Shown here one piece after another: positions 59,378 through 64,000 of a DNA stretch of 64,000 bases. Made by a program: the position numbers and the translations under genes. The stretch covers positions 320,001 to 384,000 of the forward strand of contig CBDFJG010000002.1 in assembly GCA_965248445.1 (NCBI GenBank), read 5' to 3'. The stretch comes from Planctomycetota bacterium. Lineage in GTDB: Bacteria; Planctomycetota; JAJSAM01; JAJVHW01. The notes under the pieces are model-generated. The model was given only the letters and a program-made list of their open reading frames with translations, ran no database searches and had not been told where the DNA came from. Position 1 is the first letter of the stretch; each line of letters opens with the position of its first letter.

Positions 59378-60912
59378 GTACCTGTTCAGGTCATGAGTGA
59401 GCAACCCCGTGCTCAGCGACTGATCGGCAGCGCGACGAGAGTCGGCGGCGGCTGTCCGAGGACGGCGGCGCTGGTGGCGGCGACGAGGTAGTCGAAGACG
59501 TTCTCGCCGCGCTGCCTGCAGGTGGCGGTGACGGTCAGGATGCGCTCGACGAAGCGCAGGCCCCGCTCGCTCTGGCTGCCGTGGGTGCCGCGGCGCCACA
59601 GCACTGGTTTGCGCACGGCGCGCTCGGCGATGTTGTTGGTCGGGGAGACACCCGGCACGTCGGCGAAGGACCAAAGTGCCTCGGCTCTTGCGAGCAGATG
59701 ACGACTGATCCCGCGGACTCGACGCTGCTTGCTGTCCGCCCCGCGTACGAGCAAGTCGATCAGTCGCGACCACGTCGGGCGCAGCTCTCGCTGCATCCTT
59801 GCGCGGTCCCCGTGCTCACCCAAGCGGCGATGCGCTCGCATGACGGCCTGGGCGAGCGAGACCGCGCTCTTGCCGAAGCGACGCTCGCCAGATCGTCCCT
59901 CCGCAAGCGAGCGAAAGTCGCGCTCAAGGTGCGCCCAGCAGATCTGGCGACGCTCGGTCGGGTGCCGGTCGTAGGCGCCCATGCGGTCGGTGACCAGGAC
60001 GCCGCGGTAACGGCGACCGATGAGTCGTCGCATGGCCTTGGCGCTGCGACGACGATCGATCCGGTGGACCACTGCGTGCTCGCTGACCGCGCTCCACAGC
60101 CAGTGCAGGACGCCGCGACGAGGCCACGGTGTTTCGTCCACGTGAGCGACCCGGCTCGTGCGCACGGCACCCAGTGCCTCGAGGTGCGCGGAGGACAGCG
60201 CACCCGACACCCGCTCCTCGATGGCGCTCACGGTGCCGGGCGACATCGACACGCCGATCACGTCGCGCAGCAGGCGGCTCGTCTCCCGCCGCGACAGCCG
60301 GAAGACTCCGACCAGCGAGGCAGTCAGTGCGGTGAGCCGTGGACCGAAGGGACTGGCGGTGACGCCATCGGGCAGACGCCCCGTGGACGTCATCCCACAC
60401 CCTGTGCAGCGAGCGCGGTGCAGCCGGTGCTCGGTCACGTGGACCAGTCGCGGCGGTAGCGCGAAGACCTGCTGCCGCGTGGGGGCACGATCGACCGCAA
60501 TGAGTGCGCCGCTACCGCAGGAGCTGCACTCCTGCGGACGGTGGTCCTGGACATCATCGACCTCGGACTCGTCCACGAGCTGGCGCGTCGTGCCCTCGTG
60601 ACCCGACTGCGCACCCTGCTTCTTGTCAGACGGCGGCTTGCGCCGCCGCCGCCTCTTGGACCACGACGGGTCCGACGAGGGCGGCCGCGACGATGTGCGG
60701 GAGTCGCGTCGCAATCGGCTCTCGAGCTCGTCGATGCGGGCTGCCTGACGCTCGATCACCTCCGCTTGCGACGCGATCGTCTCCTCCGCGTCGTTCAGCC
60801 GACGCGACATCCGCTCGACCAGCTCGCGCAACTCGTCGGTGCCCACACACTCTTCATCGACCCGCGTCGGAACAATCTGGATCCTCGGTCAGATCAAGGG
60901 CTGAACAGGTAC
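59378..60912 (-). mobile_element. Second, distinct IS66-family element
   Basis: Perfect 12-bp IR GTACCTGTTCAG; no flanking direct repeat. Confidence 0.92.
59413..60846 (-). CDS. IS66 family transposase
   Basis: SSRPPSSD, GHEG, VDETPW, RQICWAH, PTNNIAERAVR. Confidence 0.96.
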   Translation of the reverse strand: MGTDELRELVERMSRRLNDAEETIASQAEVIERQAARIDELESRLRRDSRTSSRPPSSDPSWSKRRRRRKPPSDKKQGAQSGHEGTTRQLVDESEVDDVQDHRPQECSSCGSGALIAVDRAPTRQQVFALPPRLVHVTEHRLHRARCTGCGMTSTGRLPDGVTASPFGPRLTALTASLVGVFRLSRRETSRLLRDVIGVSMSPGTVSAIEERVSGALSSAHLEALGAVRTSRVAHVDETPWPRRGVLHWLWSAVSEHAVVHRIDRRRSAKAMRRLIGRRYRGVLVTDRMGAYDRHPTERRQICWAHLERDFRSLAEGRSGERRFGKSAVSLAQAVMRAHRRLGEHGDRARMQRELRPTWSRLIDLLVRGADSKQRRVRGISRHLLARAEALWSFADVPGVSPTNNIAERAVRKPVLWRRGTHGSQSERGLRFVERILTVTATCRQRGENVFDYLVAATSAAVLGQPPPTLVALPISR

Positions 60913-61856
60913 TGCGCTCCTGGGTGCATCGCTTCGTGGGCTACATGTTGTCGGGCGACACATCGTACGAGGTGTTCGCGTGCTTCTACGGCACCGGCGC
61001 GAACGGCAAGACCACTCTGTTGAACCTGTTGCAGAGCGTGCTCGGGAAGTACGCGACCGAGGTTGACGTGGAGGTCATTTCGGCGCGACGACGGGACGCG
61101 GAGAAGGCAACACCGGCGCTGCTGCGTCTTGCCGGTACTCGACTCGTGCGCACAGCGGAGCCGCTCGGTAGGTGGCGACTGGACACCGGGCTCGTCAAGA
61201 GGATCGCGTCTGGTCACAACCTCCGCGCTCGCGGGTTGAATGAGGGAATCGTCGAGTTTCCGTGTCAAGCGAAGCTTGTCATTGAGGCGAACCATCGACC
61301 GATTGTGGACGGCTCGGACAGCGCGCTCTTTCGTCGTCTCGCTCTTGTCGAATTCGGCGTTGAGTTTCCCGGGTCCAAGCGCGACACGAACCTGGGAAGG
61401 AAGCTCAACGCTGAGCGCGCTGGCGTGCTGCGCTGGGCGATCGAAGGATGGCGGCGGATGCGCGAACAGGGGCTCTCGTTGCCACCGTCGATGAAGGCCG
61501 CCGTCGCTCGCTTCCAGGAAGAGTCCGATCTGTTCGCCGAGTTCTTCGACTCCTATCTCTTGGTATCCCCTGGAAGCCGAGTGCCCCGCCCGGTGCTCCA
61601 CGCACTGCTCCGCCGCCTCTGTGCCGAGCAGGACGTTCGCGGAGTGCCGAAGGCATCGGGCATGGTCGCCGGGTTGAAGAAACTCGGGCGCCGCAGGGAG
61701 TTCGTTGCGGAGCCCGGGGTGTTCCGGGGCAACCACATCGTGCGCGGCGTGACCGTCTCGCCGCGGGGACGGGAGGCGCTTGCGGCGATCGGAACCAAGT
61801 CCGCCATGAAGTACCTCCAGTCATGCCACGCCGGAGACCAGGCGGGCGGCGGATGA
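60913..61856 (+). pseudogene. P4/D5-type phage/plasmid primase SF3 helicase domain, 5'-truncated
   Basis: YGTGANGKTT Walker A, RLVRTAE, ARGL, EANHRP, ALFRRL; the sequence begins abruptly at the IS66 end. Confidence 0.88.
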
Positions 61857-62083
61857 CCACCCTCTGCGACCACTGCCACCGTCACTCGCCTGCCGAGGCG
61901 CCGTCGTGCGCTGCGATGTCGACGAGCGACGCCAGAAGGCCGCCGCCGCCCTCGAGCACGTGGCGGCGGCCGATGCCCTGCCTGCGTTCTTCAGCGCACC
62001 GGTCGGCGGGAAGACCGCCTGCGACACGGGTGATCGAGTGCTTGCGTGCTGCGCACCAAGAGACCCGGCGGAGCCAGGCATGA
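61853..62083 (+). CDS. Phage-like hypothetical protein (CxxC), possibly frameshifted
   Basis: ATGA overlaps at both ends. Confidence 0.35.
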   Translation: MTTLCDHCHRHSPAEAPSCAAMSTSDARRPPPPSSTWRRPMPCLRSSAHRSAGRPPATRVIECLRAAHQETRRSQA

Positions 62084-62478
62084 CCCTCGACGAAACCCTC
62101 GCCGCCCTGGGCGACACTCCGACGTCCGACGAGGACTCGCCGCGGGGCCGCCCCGGCATGTGCGGGGAGTACGCCGACGGTTCCGAGTGGCCGTTCGTGC
62201 GTGTACAACCGGCGTGGAAGCCGGGACACTTCCACGTCGCCACGTTCACCGACACCAAGAGCGCCACAGATTCGTCGCGGGACGGCATCCCGCTTGCGCT
62301 CCTGGGCCGCACACTCCGGGAGTGGGTGCCGGACGCGGACTTCCTCCAGTGGGAGGTCGGCGCGTATCCCCCGATCGGCCGCAACGCGCACATGGTCGGG
62401 TTCGTTGACGCGATCGCCGCGGAGTACTTCACGGCCGATGGCATCGCGTTCCACGAGCTGACGCGGGCGGGACAGTGA
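62080..62478 (+). CDS. Phage-like hypothetical protein
   Basis: ATGA overlap start, GTGA overlap with the excisionase-like gene. Confidence 0.55.
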   Translation: MTLDETLAALGDTPTSDEDSPRGRPGMCGEYADGSEWPFVRVQPAWKPGHFHVATFTDTKSATDSSRDGIPLALLGRTLREWVPDADFLQWEVGAYPPIGRNAHMVGFVDAIAAEYFTADGIAFHELTRAGQ

Positions 62479-62780
62479 GCACGTTCGAGTCAGTCGACCG
62501 CCTCACGCGCGCCCAAGCGGCCGGCTACATCGGCATCTCAATGCGTTCACTCGACCGTCTCGTCGCATCGCGACTGATCGAGTTCATCCGACTCGGCCCG
62601 TACAGGCGGAGTCCGATCCGCTTCGAGCGTGCCGCGTTGGACGCGTACTTGGAGAAGCGCGCTGTTGCGCCACGCGTCCACAACGGCATCGACCGGCAGC
62701 GGCTTCTGCGGCTGGTCCACCGTGCGGAGACTGCAATGTCGGAGTTGAGGGCTGCACTGGCCGCGGCATCGGGGTCCTAG
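62475..62780 (+). CDS. Excisionase-like HTH_17 DNA-binding protein
   Basis: LTRAQAAGYIGISMRSLDRLV...IEFIRLG...IRFERAALDAYL. Confidence 0.85.
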   Translation: MSTFESVDRLTRAQAAGYIGISMRSLDRLVASRLIEFIRLGPYRRSPIRFERAALDAYLEKRAVAPRVHNGIDRQRLLRLVHRAETAMSELRAALAAASGS

Positions 62781-64000
62781 CCTGCATAATTCATCACGCC
62801 ACGCCCGGAACGTAGATTCGGGCGCACCGCGCATTGCATAAACTGTTGTTAGAGCAATAGTTACACAGATGCGAGAGGTACGCCCGAGTGACGAATTCTA
62901 CCCCACACACTGTCCGGTTTCCCGATCTCTTCGGGAAGGTCACCACGGCCGTGTTCGACGGCGAAGCGCACACGTCCGAGGGAGGCGCGGGACTGCTGCG
63001 CGCGGTGGACCGTCGAATGGGAGTGACCGCAGGTCTGGCTGCGCTGTTGGTGGATCGTCGTGACCCGACGCGGGTGCAGCACTCGTTGGAGGAGCTCTTT
63101 CGGCAGCGCGTCTTCTCGATCGGCCTGGGCTACAGCGACCAGAACGACGCGGCTCGCGTGGGCACCGACCCGATGCTCAAGGGGGTCACGGGCCGCGCGC
63201 CGATCAAGGGCGCCGACCTGGCGTCTCAGGCGACGCTGTCGCGCTTCGAGAACGCGGTCACGGCGCACGAGCTCGTGGCCTTGTCGCGCAAGCTCGAGGA
63301 GGACGTGATCGAGCGTCTTTGCGCTCGCCACCGGGGGGCCCGGCGCATCACGATCGACATGGACCCGAGCTGTGACCCGACCCACGGTGCACAGCAGGGA
63401 GCGCTCTTCAACGGCTTCTACGACACGTGGTGCTACCTGCCGGTTTTCGGCTTCCTCACGGTCGACGGCGATCCGGAGCAGTACCTTTTCTGTGCGCGGC
63501 TGCGGCCGGGCAACGCGAAGGAGGGCCGCACGTCGCTGCGGACGATCCGCCGGATGGTGAAGCGACTTCGGCGTGCGTTTCCGCGCACGCAGATCCTCGT
63601 GCGCCTGGACAGCGGCTTCGCCGGCTCGCGGCTCTTCGACGCGCTGGACGAACTCGGCGTGAAGTACGTGGTCGGGATGCCCAAGAACAAGCGGCTCCTG
63701 GATCTGTGCGACGCCGAGATGACAGCGGCTGCGGTGCTGGCGGCGATGGAAGACAAGACGGCGCAGATCTACGGCGACTGCGAGTACCGGGCGAAGAGCT
63801 GGAGCAGGTCCCGCCGCGTGGTCTTCAAGGCGCAAGTGCTGGTCGCCACCGGGAAGGTGAACAAGGACAACGCGCGCTTCGTGGTCACCAACGTCTCGCG
63901 CAGCTACAAGCCCGAGACGACCTACTGCAAGACCTACTGCGGTCGCGGCGACGCCGAGAACCGCATCAAGGAACTCAAGGGTGGCCTGGCGGTGGATCGC
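62781..64000 (+). mobile_element. Third IS1380-family element (different lineage; runs off the window)
   Basis: Starts CCTGCATAATTCAT immediately after CTAG 62777-62780. Confidence 0.85.
62888..64000 (+). CDS. IS1380 family transposase (partial)
   Basis: Manual translation from GTG: TSEGGAGLL, QRVFSIGLGYSD, IDMD, FNGFYDTWCYLP, RLDSGF, YCGRGDAENRIKELK. Confidence 0.92.
   Translation, partial: MTNSTPHTVRFPDLFGKVTTAVFDGEAHTSEGGAGLLRAVDRRMGVTAGLAALLVDRRDPTRVQHSLEELFRQRVFSIGLGYSDQNDAARVGTDPMLKGVTGRAPIKGADLASQATLSRFENAVTAHELVALSRKLEEDVIERLCARHRGARRITIDMDPSCDPTHGAQQGALFNGFYDTWCYLPVFGFLTVDGDPEQYLFCARLRPGNAKEGRTSLRTIRRMVKRLRRAFPRTQILVRLDSGFAGSRLFDALDELGVKYVVGMPKNKRLLDLCDAEMTAAAVLAAMEDKTAQIYGDCEYRAKSWSRSRRVVFKAQVLVATGKVNKDNARFVVTNVSRSYKPETTYCKTYCGRGDAENRIKELKGGLAVDR

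Noticed and set aside
40086..60912. The two IS66 elements as ends of one composite transposon
   Set aside because: Different IRs, divergent transposases and non-matching outer flanks (CGTCCGTT vs TGCGCTCC).
1..64000. CRISPR array, cas genes, rRNA
   Set aside because: No regularly spaced direct repeats, Cas motifs or rRNA-like sequence seen.

Overview
High-GC bacterial window. The gene repertoire (zf-HC2 anti-sigma factor, DUF11/OmcB-like lipoprotein, PQQ propeller, many secreted orphans) suggests Planctomycetota; this is inference only. 1-28.7 kb is ordinary core chromosome: ECF sigma/anti-sigma pair, NtrX/NtrY-like two-component operon, priA, rsgA, HDOD-GGDEF cyclase, TrmH and RluA RNA-modifying enzymes, lptF/lptG, an MsbA-like exporter, arginase, trpS and an FHA protein. 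28.9-36.3 kb is a translationally coupled, phage-like early/replication operon with no integrase or capsid genes. From 33.6 kb onward the window is dense with mobile elements: three IS1380 (all at CTAG), two IS66-family elements without target duplications, an IS3-like element nested in a decayed IS1595, and a primase/excisionase fragment. The most unusual signal is at 36.3-36.6 kb: a complete but non-canonical tRNA-like sequence (alanine-type G3:U70 acceptor stem, UGG/Pro-like loop) downstream of the IS1595 transposase, surrounded by hairpins and next to a small antisense ORF. The second candidate is a leader-peptide/attenuator-like 5' region upstream of a bacterial RIO1 kinase. No CRISPR array, rRNA or canonical tRNA was found. 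Family calls rest on motifs recognised by eye, not on database searches.
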